Below are positions 1-12,400 of a stretch of DNA of 50,528 nucleotides, piece after piece. Source of the stretch: Macrostomum lignano (lineage: Eukaryota); contig NIVC01004324.1 in the NCBI GenBank assembly GCA_002269645.1, forward strand, positions 1 through 50,528, given 5' to 3'. Every line of letters starts with the position of its first letter. Position 1 is the stretch's first letter. The translations under genes and the position numbers were made by a program. A model generated the notes under the pieces. It saw only the letters and a program-made list of their open reading frames with translations, did not search any database and was not told where the DNA came from.

Positions 1-29
1 ATATTAAACAAATAACCATATTAGTATTA

Positions 30-1986
30 TCTCTACCTATAAAATCAAAACTCTGTCTGTCTGTGGACAAATTACTTTGGCTATGGACTCCCAATCGCTC
101 AACCAAATGACACCAAACTTTACACCCACCCTAAACTTACTACGGAGAATGTCTTAGGCTACCTTTAAATTTCCTAGACTCAAGTCTTCCTACCTAAAAG
201 TACAAAAAACTGCTCAAATGCGCGATTTTTTCACTTAATCCTCCATAGCGCCGCTCCACTTCTACCGATTCTCTTCAAATTTGACACAGATAATCTTAAC
301 TATTTTGGCACAATCATGTAAAATTTTGAGTCTCAAAGTTAATCCTGAGCGGTGCTGTGCACTTTTAAAGTTAGGCTGTTTTTTTCAGCGTAGCAACCAC
401 CCAACCTCCGCCCGCCTGCCTCTCTTTCCCGATCCCGATCTGGGCCCAGATGTGTAAAATGGGTTTCAAAATTGACTAACTTTCAGCTGCCATAAGTTTG
501 CTCCACGTAAAGCGATTGACTTCAAACTTGACACAATTCTTCATTGACTCATTCTCTATCTAAATGTAAAGTTTCAACTCTGTAACTCAACCGAAAAAGA
601 AACTATAAGCGTGTGAAGTTTGTCTGCTTTTTCTGTTGTTTGTGCCACTCACTCACTCATTCCCCCAGAGCCAGACGAAGGATCAGGCGATAGGACTGAA
701 TGTACATAGCAAATGTACAGTGTTTTGGAATAACTTTATTTATAGCCTTCTCTGCACCCCGAGAGTGGAGAGGCTACGTTTAGCCATAACAGTTTAGTGA
801 GAAACTCTAACCACTGTCCTCTGTAATGGCAAACTCTGCAGCAGTTTAACAGTGGATGGCAATTGGCAAATCGAGGGAATCCAGCATGATTTGTAAAAGC
901 GAAAGATTTATGAAAAGGCAATGCAATGCAATACAACCCTACTAAATTAGTCACACCATAGAAATTTTAGGTTTCTCTTAAAAAGTACTTTAAATTTTAA
1001 ATGTCCTCCTAAGAAATGCTTATTTCCTTGGTTGTTAGACTGATGCAGACTGCAGTGGAGCTGAAAATACACAAATTCCTTTCAGGACTGCAAATTGGCA
1101 AGAAAAATGACGTGATCAAAGCATGAGAACAGCTATGAGAGTACTACGTCCCACAAACTGCATGGCTTTCCAAGCAGGAATGGGCAGACTTTTACTTCAA
1201 AAGCCAGATAAAGAATCCAGCTTATGTGCGGGCCAGATGAGAGTGGAAAGGAGAAGGAATAGACTATTAGAAGAGAGGAGAGGCGAGAGGGGGATATGAG
1301 AAAACATGGAATATAAGAGGAGAGGCAAGTGGTGAGGAGAGAGCAGAGAAGAAGGGAAGAAGAAGTGAGAGGAGGGGAGAAAGGAGGGGAGGAAAAAGTA
1401 AAGGCGAGAAGAGGGGAGAGATGAGACAGAGGATCGATGAGAGGAGAGTAGAGAAGAGTGAGAAGAGAGTAGAGATGAGAGAGCAGAAAGAAGATGACAG
1501 GGTCAAGAGGAGATGAGAGAGTAGAAAGGATAGAAAAGAGAGGAGATAAGAGGGGGAGAGAAGGGGTGAGAAGAGAAGAGATAGAGATAAGAGAGGGGTG
1601 TAAGAAGAGGGGAGAAAGGAGAGATGAGAGAGTAAAGGGAAGAGGAGGAGAGAGGAAAGAGATGAGATTGTAGAGATGAGACAGATCAAAGAAGAGATGA
1701 GAGATGAAAAAGGTGAGAGGAGAGTGCAGAGAGACGAGAGAAGATAATAGAGGAGAGAGAGTATAGAAGAGGGAAAAGAAAAGAAGAGAGGAGTAAGGAA
1801 AGAGAGGAGTCAGAAGAGGTGAAGAGAAGAGTACAGAGGAGATAAGTGAGAGTGGAGAGTGGAGAGAACAGAGGAGAGATAAGAGAGAAGAGATTACAGA
1901 GACTAGAGGAGAGAGGAGAGACAGGGAGAGAGAAGAGGAAATAGGAGAATGAAGAGGGGAGAGAGTAGAGAGGAGAAGAGAGATGG

Positions 1987-2078
<92 letters not shown>

Positions 2079-2657
2079 ATGGGAGAGGAGAGAGGAGAGA
2101 GAGAGAGAAACGAAGAGACAAGAGATGAGAGAGTAGAGGAGAGAGTTAAGAGAAGAGAGAAAATAATAGAAAGGAGAAGGAAGATAAGAGAGAAAAGGGG
2201 GTGAGAGGAGAGAGGAGAGGGGGAGAGAGGAGAGAGAAAAGAAGAGACAAGAGATGAGATAAGAGAGATGAAAGAGAAGAGAGATAAGGGAAGATACGAG
2301 AGAAGAGGGGAGAGAGGAGAGAGGAGAGACGAGGGACGAGAGAGATGAGAGGAAACAAAGAGACGATAGAAATTTTAAAGGATCCAAGGGACATAGGGAG
2401 AGTCAGGAAGAGACCAGAGTTTAGCAATATATGTTTTAGAGTCAGACAGACATTGCCTGACATTCTGCGCAGTACCCCGGCCAACAATGTCTCAAACCCT
2501 AATTTTACACGAATGTGCTCCATTTTATGTCTACCTCTATCCTACTAACTATTAACAAGTTTTTGTTTGTCTATGGCCTTAGACTTCAGAATACATCCAA
2601 AAGTAGTTCCGGGGATTGGAATTCCCCGGGTTCAAATCCGCGGGTTTCAACAGCTTG
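30..2657 (+). mobile_element. Non-autonomous Helitron-like element (copy 1, full length) with GA-rich interior
   Basis: Starts A|TC (TCTCTACCTATAAAATC...TGTCTGTCTGT, typical of Helitron 5' ends) and ends with a GC-rich hairpin (CCCGGG-TTCAAAT-CCGCGGG) followed by CAGCTTG|T, i.e. inserted between A and T. A second homologous copy lies at ~22272-24784. No Rep/helicase ORF. Confidence 0.7.
1240..2370. repeat. GA-rich purine-strand low-complexity tract with perfect (GA)n at ~1993-2072
   Basis: Direct inspection. The Leu/Ser-rich minus-strand ORFs here are artefacts. Confidence 0.95.
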
Positions 2658-3910
2658 TAATAGATAAAATAGTGTAAATAGGCCTACAAATGTTAATTAA
2701 GCCTAATCTCAAATCTCAATCAAATTTAAAAAATCTCTAAAATATGATTTGTCTAACCCTTAGTATTTATGTAGTTCTTAATCATTTTATTATCTGCTAT
2801 TTTGTCATTATAATCTATTTTGTTACTTAATAGGATATCTATGGCTCCTTCTTGGTTCTAGTCACTTTGTTATCTTAATCAATATACAATAACAGGGAGT
2901 CATTTTGTCATTTAATATGGTATCTATGATCCCACTTTGGTTCTAGTCATTTTGCCATCTTAATTTGTATATACTAATTTAAGGGAGTCATTTTGTCATC
3001 TACTAAGCATGTCAATTGTAAGTAAATTAAAGTATAAAGATTGTATATAAAATTTGTATTAGTGTTTGAATTTTTAAAAAAAAATATATTTAAGACGAGT
3101 AGCCATTTTATTGGTGGTTATATTGTTTTAATAGGAAGATAAAGTATCTAAATTTTTTAATAGTTTTGTATGCATTACCATATGTACTAATCTGTGTTGC
3201 AATGCATTGTCATTTACCATTTCACTGATTAGTTGATATGATATCAAAGTATTAAGTAGCTAAGTTCTAGGTATTTCAATATTTGGTCACTTTATCATAA
3301 TATTTTACAAGGCTACTTGTTATACAATATATTTCTTTTATATAAAGGTTTTATTCATATAGGTTTAAGCCTACTATAGCCTCTAGTTTTGTTTAGATAA
3401 TATATAAATCTTTTTTTTTCTAAAACATTAACTTCAGTAAATATATTATAAAATAATGTAACTTTCCCTTCTATTGAGTTTTGATTTTAGTTATAGATAA
3501 TATTTAGTAGCCAACAACAATATTTGCAGTACCTGTCTTGTTATGTCTTTATGCTTATAATCTTCAATAATGCTTAATAGCCAGATTGTTATAATATATT
3601 TCAATATAAATTGTCAAGCAAATCAATAAATATATAATATCAAACCTTGGATAGGTAGGCCTATTGATTCTATAGTTTTGTATAAAATTTGTTTGCATTC
3701 TTGTTAACCCCAAAGCTACTGCACCCTGTTATATATATATATCCTTAGTGCTCTATTTGGGGTATTCCCAATCGTATATATGAGCATATCAACCCCTTAG
3801 CTATTCTGTCCTTTGTTATGGATGTTGACAAAAATTTATTTATTTAGTACCGTTGCATGCATGCACCAGCTGATTGCCAGCTGAGCAGGGCAGTGTCACA
3901 CAGCTCAGCC

Positions 3911-6230
3911 ATGATAGGCGGCCTATTCATCTACAACCACAAAGGCGAGGTGCTAATCTCGCGGGTCTACCGAGACGACATCGGTCGCGAGGCGGTGGAC
4001 GCCTTCAGGGTGAACGTCATTCACGCCAGGCAGCAGGTGCGGTCGCCAGTCAGCAGCATCGGCCGCACCAGCTTCTTCCACGTGAAGCGGTCGAACATCT
4101 GGCTGTGCGCGGTGGCCAAGAAGAATGTCAGCGCATCGCTGGTGTTCCAGTTTCTCTACAAGATGATCGAAGTCATGGTGTCCTACTTCGGCAAGATCAA
4201 CGAGGAGAACATCAAGAATAACTTTGTGCTCATCTACGAGCTGCTTGACGAGCTGCTGGACTATGGCTACCCGCAGAACACCGACACGGGCGTGCTGAAG
4301 ACCTACATCACCCAGCAGGGCGTCAGGGCGCAGACCAAGGAGGAGACCACGAGAATTACCAATCAGGTGGGGTGGGGGAGACTTCATTTACGTAAAGAGC
4401 CTCGACTATTTATTGTAGGGTATCGTAGCGAAGGGAGCCGTCTTTAACGTAGGCATTCTTAGTTAAGTTTGGGAACCTTCGTTAATGTAGGGATCCTTGT
4501 CTAACGTTGAGATTCCTAAATGACGTAGAGAGCCTTCACTAACTTCACTAAGCCTTCATAAATTATTAATATTAATGTTTGAACCTTCAGCTAACCTTAA
4601 TTGACGTAGTGAGCGTTCCGTTGCGTAGACAGCCTTCTATTTTGTCTATTAATTTCAACCGCCCAAGCATCCGTATACCATTGAATATCCCGCAGGTCAC
4701 GGGACAGATTGCCTGGCGCCGGGAGGGCATCAAGTACCGGCGCAACGAGCTGTTCCTTGACGTGATCGAGTCCGTCAACCTGCTGATGTCGCCCCAGGGC
4801 CAGGTGCTGTCCGCCCACGTGTCCGGCCGTGTCCGAATGAAGTCCTACCTGTCCGGCATGCCCGAGTGCAAGTTCGGCATCAACGACAAGGTCGTGGTGG
4901 ACAGCAGGCGCGGCGGCGGCGCTGGCGAAGCCTCGGGAGGCGGCGGGGGCAAGTCCGGCCACATCGCCATCGACGACTGCCAGTTCCACCAGTGCGTGAA
5001 GCTCAGCAAGTTCGACACCGAGCACTCCATCTCGTTCATCCCGCCGGACGGCGAGTTCGAACTCATGACCTACCGGACCACCAAGGACATCAGCCTGCCG
5101 TTCCGGGTCATCCCGTTAGTGCGCGAGACCGGCCGGTCCGGCATGGAGGTCAAGGTGGTGGTCAAGAGCAACTTCAAGCCATCCCTGCTGGCCCAGAAGG
5201 TTGAGGTTCGAATCCCCACCCCGCTGAACACCAGCGGAGTGCAGGTGGTTTGCATGAAGGGCCGGGCCAGGTACAAGGCCTCCGACAACGCCATCGTGTG
5301 GAAGATCAAGCGGATGGGCGGCATGAAGGAGCTGCAGCTGAGCGCCGAGATCGACATGCTCAGCTCCACCGACAAAGCCAAGAAGTGGACCCGGCCGCCC
5401 ATTTCCATGAACTTTGAGGTGGCTATGTCGGATCACTGCTTGCTGGAATCCCACACTGTACATTAGCTACACTGGAATCCCTCACTGTACATTAGCTACA
5501 CTGGAATCCCTCACTGTACATTAGCTACACTGGAATCCCTCACTGTACATTAGCTACACTGGAATCCCTCACTGTACATTAGCTACACTGGAATCCCTCA
5601 CTGTACATTAGCTGCACTGGAATCCCTCACTGTACATTAGCTACATTGGAATTCCACACTGTACATTACTACACTGGAATCCCACACTGTACATTAGCTA
5701 CACTGGAATTCACACTGTACATTAGCTGCATTCGAATCCCACACTGTACATTAGCTGCACTGGAATCCCACACTGTACATTAGCTGCACTGGAATCCCAC
5801 ACTGTACATTAGCTGCACTGGAATCCCACACTGTACATTAGCTACATTGGAATCCCACACTGTACATTAGCTACATTGGAATCCCACACTACATTAGCTG
5901 CACTGGAATCCCACACTACATCAGCTGCACTGGAATCTCACACTGTACATTAGAATCCCATGTACATTAGCTGCATGTGAATCCCACACTACATCAGCTG
6001 CACTGGAATCTCACACTGTACATTAGAATCCCATGTACATTAGCTGCATGTGAATCCCAAACTTGCATCGGAATCTCACACTGAAATTCCCGCAGGTGCC
6101 CTTCGCTCCATCCGGCTTCAAAGTCCGCTACCTAAAGGTGTTCGAGTCCAAGCTGAACTACTCGGATCATGACGTCATCAAGTGGGTTCGGTACATCGGC
6201 AAGAGCGGCTTCTACGAAACCAGGTGCTGA
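3911..6230 (+). CDS. AP2M1: AP-2 complex subunit mu (mu2 adaptin); exons 3911-4366, 4696-5418, 6096-6230; 437 aa
   Basis: Recognisable sequence [25 protein letters not shown]...[23 protein letters not shown]...[11 protein letters not shown]...[47 protein letters not shown]. Both introns are GT-AG, phase 0. Confidence 0.97.
5443..6085. repeat. 29-bp minisatellite (CTACACTGGAATCCCTCACTGTACATTAG)n in AP2M1 intron 2
   Basis: About 20 tandem units, degenerating toward the 3' splice site. Confidence 0.95.
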
Positions 6231-6738
6231 AACCAAAACGAATTTCTTAGTTCGTAAAAGTTTTAGACAACATAATTAAAAATTGTCGCTGTTACACGCA
6301 TGAGTAGCATGTCTATCTCTATTTTTATACAATTGTTTTCATTGCCTCCAAGAGAATCTGTTTTGCCTGGTTTAATTTGGCTTGTCACGGCTTCCTCCTT
6401 TTTTATCCGATTTCAGTTTTGGGAATCTGTTTATCGCGTCGGACTGGATGCTGTTTTTTAATATTCTCTTCTGAATTATTACCTGGCTTCCACCGATTTT
6501 CTTTTTATTTCTCTTGCTTCTTTGCCTCTTCTAGAAGAAGCAGACTCGCTGCATACTGTACTGTATTTCTGCTCGCTGAATCCGGTTTTTGTTTTGCCCG
6601 TTTTTCAAATTTCATTTTATTTGATAGTTGTTCAAAACCAGTGCAGCATACCCCCCCCCTGCCGCCCGTGTATCCAGCAATGCGTTCTGTTCCTGCCTGC
6701 TGGAACAATTTCTCTGCATGCCAATTAAATTTATTGAT

Positions 6739-6744
6739 AATAAA
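6739..6744 (+). terminator. Candidate AATAAA polyadenylation signal of AP2M1
   Basis: Canonical hexamer ~510 nt after the stop codon; not verified. Confidence 0.4.
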
Positions 6745-8069
6745 TGCGTGAATATTAATTGTTGATAGCCGCTCGAAGTTTATTAGCGCCAGCAAAATTG
6801 GTTTTCAACAAACTCGATTATTTCTTTTAATCTGTGCAGCATTGAAGTTCCAACAGCTGTGCTCTGTGAAGCTTCTGTACTGGGTGAGCTGGATCTCCAC
6901 CCATCATGCTAAGGAGACTGGGTTTTGAGCAGAAGTTTGAGTCTGGTATCAGTTCTGCAGGAATGGCTCTCGCACTGTGCGAGCAATACGCTTGTCTAGA
7001 GCCACTCAAACTGATTTATTTACTATCGATATCGATGCGTGCATACATGTACCCGTGTGAAATTGTCACGGTCACAGTTTGACTGTTTTCTGATCATCAA
7101 AAAACTATCACGTGTGACCCTCCACTCCATCAATAAACGGTCACTCGTGTGGCCCTCCATGCAATGTGACCGTCAACTAAACGGTCACTCGTATCGTCGT
7201 GTGACCAGTTATTTTTGGTCGTACACCGCTCAGCTCTCTGACACTCAGTTGTACACTGCCTTTCCCGTCACCCTGCAGCCAATCAGTTTGCAGGCTTCTT
7301 GTTTATCAGGCCCAACTCCAACCTACGCAATATCGATTACTAAATATATATTGGCGCTCAAGGCCGCCCGGTGGCCAAGCCTTTGTTGTCTCTAAATAAA
7401 GCAAATCTACAATAAATGTGAGAGTCAAATAAACGATCACTACCGTGTGATCAATGTGACAAGCAAACAAGCGGTCACCCATGTGACAATCAAATAAATT
7501 AAAGGTCACTCTGATCATGTGACTGTCAAAGCAAGCACATTATGGAGCTTACCTGAGTCATATTCTCTAAATTCTTAGCTAATCTCTCTCTGCACTATTA
7601 TAGTCATAAGAACTCGTATATAGTAATGTAAATTAACACAAAAGAAATTTTTTTAAATGAATATATGTACCTTAGACTATTCGTTATTAATCCCTTTGAT
7701 GCTGACGCCCCCCTTTAGTGCTGGCGCGCTGGTGCAGACGACGGCCAGACGATGGGATGTACATTATAATGGGGTCAGAAACCCTTGAGTGCATGCTCAG
7801 GGGTCAGAAATACATGTACACGTGTACAGTAGCTCGTGCATGAATTTGCAACTATACGATACGTTAGAAGCCGCATCAGAGACTCGATCGTCTGTTCAAA
7901 CTCACCACCAGCCTTACCAAACGGCATGCATGCAGGCAAGCTTTGCAGCGCATGTGCACTCTGCACACGTGACTTGCAGAGCCGCTACTGGGGTTGTGCA
8001 TGCAGAGTCCTAGTGTTCTGGGCAGTTATGGCTTCTGGTCTTAATTAGTCTCACGGTAAGCACATCGGA

Positions 8070-8365
8070 TGGGGCCGCAGCCCAGTGGTCAAGCGCGGCG
8101 CTCTGGTGTGCCAGCGGCCCAGGCTCGATTCCAAGTGCAGTCAAGTTAATTTTTGGGACTAGATCGAATTCTCAGCTTGGCTCTCCTTAACAATTAACAC
8201 GCTTTGTACATGCCAAACAATAAATTAGGGCCGCTACACTCCTGTGCGAGTGTGCCGGTGCATATGAATGCGTACGTATCCGCGCGCTTGTGTGCCTGCT
8301 CAGGGGAGTCGGTGGAATGGAGAGTAATGCCTCTCGCCGGTTGTGTGACAACCAATGTCGCCCAG
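8070..8365 (+). mobile_element. tRNA-derived SINE (copy 1)
   Basis: Pol III A-box-like (GCAGCCCAGTGG) and B-box-like (GGCTCGATTCC) head, followed by a body shared with copies at 15546-15860 (+) and 25830-26018 (-). Confidence 0.75.
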
Positions 8366-8529
8366 CCCCCTGCCTCAACATTAAAAAGGTGGATGCATTT
8401 GTCTCCTACGTGTACGTCCCAGAGGTGGTTAAAGTTGAGCTCCTGTCATCCGAGCTTGGTTTGCATGTACCTGCTTGCTGTTTCATTTAGTCTTTGGAAA
8501 TTCGCAATTTTTTGGGTCGATCATTAGGA

Positions 8530-8945
8530 GGGAGGGGAGGCGGCAGCGGCCTCACCGGCCCAGTCTGCGAAAGCAACCGGCAATTTGAAAATACATTCAT
8601 TTGTGGTGCAATTCACACTCATGACGGTCCCCCCCCCCCCCCGAGGCACAGAGTGTACATGCCTGATGATTAGAAAGTCAGGCCCCCCCGAGGCACAGAG
8701 TGTACATGCCTGATGATTAGAAAGTCAGGGCCCCCCCCCCGAGGCACAGAGTGTACAAGCCTGATGATTAGAAAGTCAGGCCCCCCCCCCCCGAGACACA
8801 GAGTGTACATGCCTGATGATTAGAAAGTCAGGGCCCCCCAGACACAGAGTGTACAAGCCTGATGATTAGAAAGTCAGGCCCCCCCCCCCCCCGAGACACA
8901 GAGTGTACATGCCTGATGGTTAGAAAGTCAGGGCCCCTGTGCACC
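8530..8945. mobile_element. MITE-like dispersed repeat with an internal ~50-bp tandem amplification (8630-8935)
   Basis: About 6 copies of C(n)GAGGCACAGAGTGTACATGCCTGATGATTAGAAAGTCAGG. A single-unit homologue with the shared flank GTGCAATTCACAC lies in reverse orientation at ~40585-40710. Confidence 0.6.
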
Positions 8946-9028
8946 CCAATATGCGATCTAGAAACTGACAATCCGAAACAGCAGTTGATTTTCATTTGAT
9001 TGGCTGAGGAAGAATTTCCATCCAAAAA

Positions 9029-9034
9029 TTTATT
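9029..9034 (-). terminator. Candidate AATAAA polyadenylation signal of SLC38A9
   Basis: TTTATT on the + strand, ~385 nt downstream of the TAG stop at 9418-9420. Confidence 0.35.
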
Positions 9035-9417
9035 TTGTATTTGGCAGGCAGGAGGAGACAGCTCGGAACCACAATCAAAGTAAAAAATGGATACGTGCAG
9101 TACTGAATACTGACAAGGGGGAGTAGTATGAATAGCAGAATTTGCTCAGCAACGAGAATGTTAGAGTGAGGGGAACAAAGCTAATAGAGAATATTCACAA
9201 AAAATGACAAAGATAAAAATTCAATTAGTTTAGTAATGACGCTATCGAATTAGATGTGAAAACTGCGTGATTCTACTGCACTGTAATATTTCATAACACT
9301 GTTTAACAATTAAGTCAGCTAATAACCCATATTCCAGTTTTAAAAGTTAAAATATTTCTGTTCATCGCGGAGAAACATGCGCGCTTGTCCTACTATAAGT
9401 AGGCTAGCACTTCACCT

Positions 9418-12400
9418 CTACTTGTTCAGGAAGAAAAACTGACTGGCAAAGTTGGCCAGGCCGATCAGGATGATGCAGCAGTGAGGCACCAGGCGGCCCA
9501 CCGTCAGGGTGCCGTTCATGCGGGCCTCCAGCAGGGTGATCAGCGGCGGCAGCGTGAAGATGTAAGCCAACCCACACAGAGCCCCGGAGAACCTGTCCGG
9601 TCCGGTCGGGGGGGGGGGTGAGGTGCACTCATAGTAACAGGGTATTTCTAGTTAAGCAACAATGTATTTCTAGCATAGCAACTGAGTTAATTCCAGCGTA
9701 ACAACCGGGTATTTCCAGCATAGCAACCGGGTATTTCTAGCATAGCAACCGGGTATTTCTAGCATAGCAACCGGGTATTCCTAGCATAGCAACCGGGTTA
9801 ATTCCAGTATAGCAACCGGGTTAACTCCAGCATAGTAACAGAGTATTTATTTCTAGCATAGCAACCGGGTGAATTCCAGCATAGCAACCGGTTTAATTCC
9901 AGCATAGCAACCGGGTGAATTCCAGCATAGCAACCGGGTGAATTCCAGCATAGCAACCGGGTTAATTCCAGCATAGTAACAGAGTATTTATTTCTAGCAT
10001 AGCAACCGGGTATTTCTAGCTTAGCAACCGGGTGAATTCCAGCATAGCAACCGGAATAATTCCAGCATAGCAACCAGGTATTTTTAGCATAGCAACCGGG
10101 TATTTTTAGCATAGCAAACGGGAATTTTCAGCATAGCAACATGGTATTTCCGCCTTGGAAACAATAAATCGTATTATGGAAGGGTAACTATAAGGAATAA
10201 CCTTACTGTTACGTTACTAATACTTCAACCGGCTCCCTCCAATCACCTGAGAATGTTGCCAATATTGGGGTAGAACACGGCCACAACAATGGCCACCCCC
10301 ATGACGGACACGTGCAGCACGCTGACGTGCACCCAGCTGGGGTAGACGCTGTGGAACAGGTAGTGCATCAGCTGGGCCCGCAGAATGTACATCAGCAGCG
10401 GGAACACCGTCACCATCTGGACGAACAGAAAGATTCGGGCGGTGAAGGCCAGCACATCCGCGCTGGGGATATTGTCCAGCAGGTTCTGCGGGGTTCGGGT
10501 GGCAGTTCATGTGTTTAACTGGTGTAGTCAGTGTGTTTAACTGGTGCAGTCAGTGTGTTTAACTGGTGCAGTCAGTGTGTTTAACTGGTGTAGTCAGTGT
10601 GTTTAACTGGTGCAGTCTGTGTGTTTAACTGGTGCAGTCAGTGTGTTTAACTGGTGCAGTCAGTGTGTTTAACTGGTGCAGTCAGTGTGTTTAACTGGTG
10701 CAGTCAGTGTGTTTACCTGATGCAGTCTGTGTTTAGCTGGTGCAGTCACAGTGTGTTTACCTGATACAAACTGCGTTTAAATATAGTAGTCAGAGTATTT
10801 ATCACCTGCCCAGCTCACCTGCTCAATGCAGTCCTTAGCCAGCGGGTAGACCGCATAGAACACGAGGCCCACAATAATGTAGGTGATCGAGACGCACACG
10901 TAGGCAATTAGCAGGTCTCGAGTCTAAAAATAGACAGAAAATTTACTGCATTTTGCATTTCGCCTACTGCAAGTAGGATATCAGTATCTTAAACTCCAGA
11001 ATTTTGAACGTGAATTTGCAAAAGCCGCACTGATATCTGGCAAGAGTTGAAATGAAAGTCATTTTGAGTACAGGTAAGCAGCGCGGAATTCTTTGGCAAT
11101 CAGAGCTTGCAAATCACAGAAACTCATAGTCATAAAACTTAAGCCGCAATAAATTCGGACTTGAACGAATTAAATTCCATATACTAAATTCCAACTTAAT
11201 ATTTTCGAGTTACCTAAGCAATGGAAAAAGAGTGTACCTCTGAGCAATATGGGATTACACCATAGCAAAAGACTTAACCCCTTAGCAACAGGATCTACAC
11301 TTTAGCAACAGGATCCAAACCTTAGCAACAGGGTTAAACCTTAGCAACAGGATCCACACCTTAGCAACAGGGTTAAACCTTGGCAACAGGGTTTACACCT
11401 TAGCAACAGGATCTAAACCTTAGCAACAGGGTTTACACCTTAGCAACAGTATCCACACCTTAGCAACAGGGTTACATCTTGGCAACAGGGTTTACACTTT
11501 AGCAACAGGATCTACACCTTAGCAACAGGGTTTACACCTTAGCAACAGGGTTACATCTTGGCAACAGGGTTTACACTTTAGCAACAGGGTTTACACCTTA
11601 GCAACAGGGTTTACACCTTAGCAACAGGGTTTACACTTTAGCAACAGGGTTTACACTTTAGCAACAGGGTTTACACCTTAGCAACAGGGTTTACACCTTA
11701 GCAACAGGGTTTACACCTTAGCAACAGGGTTTACACCTTAGCAACAGGGTTTACACCTTAGCAACAGGGTTACATCTTGGCAACAGGGTTTACACTTTAG
11801 CAACAGGGTTTACACCTTAGCAACAGGGTTTACACCTTAGCAACAGGGTTTACACTTTAGCAACAGGGTTTACACTTTAGCAACAGGGTTTACACCTTAG
11901 CAACAGGTTTACACCTTAGCAACAGGGTTACATCTTAGCAACAGGGTTTACACTCTAGCAACAGGATCTACACCTTAGCAACAGGGTTTACACCTTAGCA
12001 ACAGGGTTTACACCTTAGCAACAGGGTTTACACCTTAGCAACAGGATCCACACCTTAGCAACAGGATCCACATCTTAGCAACAGGGTTTACACGTTAGCA
12101 ACAGGGTTTAAACCTTAGCAAGAGTTAACCCCTTAGCAAAGGGATTACCTTAGCAACAGGATCTGACACCTTAGCAACAGGATCCACACCTTAGGGACAA
12201 GGTTTACCCTAGCAACGGAGCTCCACCTTAGAAACTAATATTTTGTATCCTAGCGTTGGGACTTGATTAAAAATGATACTCCAGATATTCCACTTAAAAA
12301 AACCCGAGCAATATAAAATTTAAGCATAAATTTGTGAAATATTAATTCTTTCGCTCAAGCAGCATTCTTTGAAATTAAAAAAATGATAATCGCAGTTGAA

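Noticed and set aside
1267-2523. Long Leu/Ser-rich minus-strand ORFs (also 23168-24684)
   Set aside because: Translations of GA-rich low-complexity tracts inside a repeat.
6750-7010. Short ORFs between AP2M1 and SLC38A9
   Set aside because: No recognisable homology or consistent splice structure; left unannotated.
8070-8145. tRNA gene
   Set aside because: The cloverleaf is incomplete and the head is attached to a shared body in three copies, so it is a SINE.
11275-12230. Telomere-like repeat (AGGGTTT)
   Set aside because: Only a sub-motif of a 20-bp intronic unit, not a TTAGGG array.
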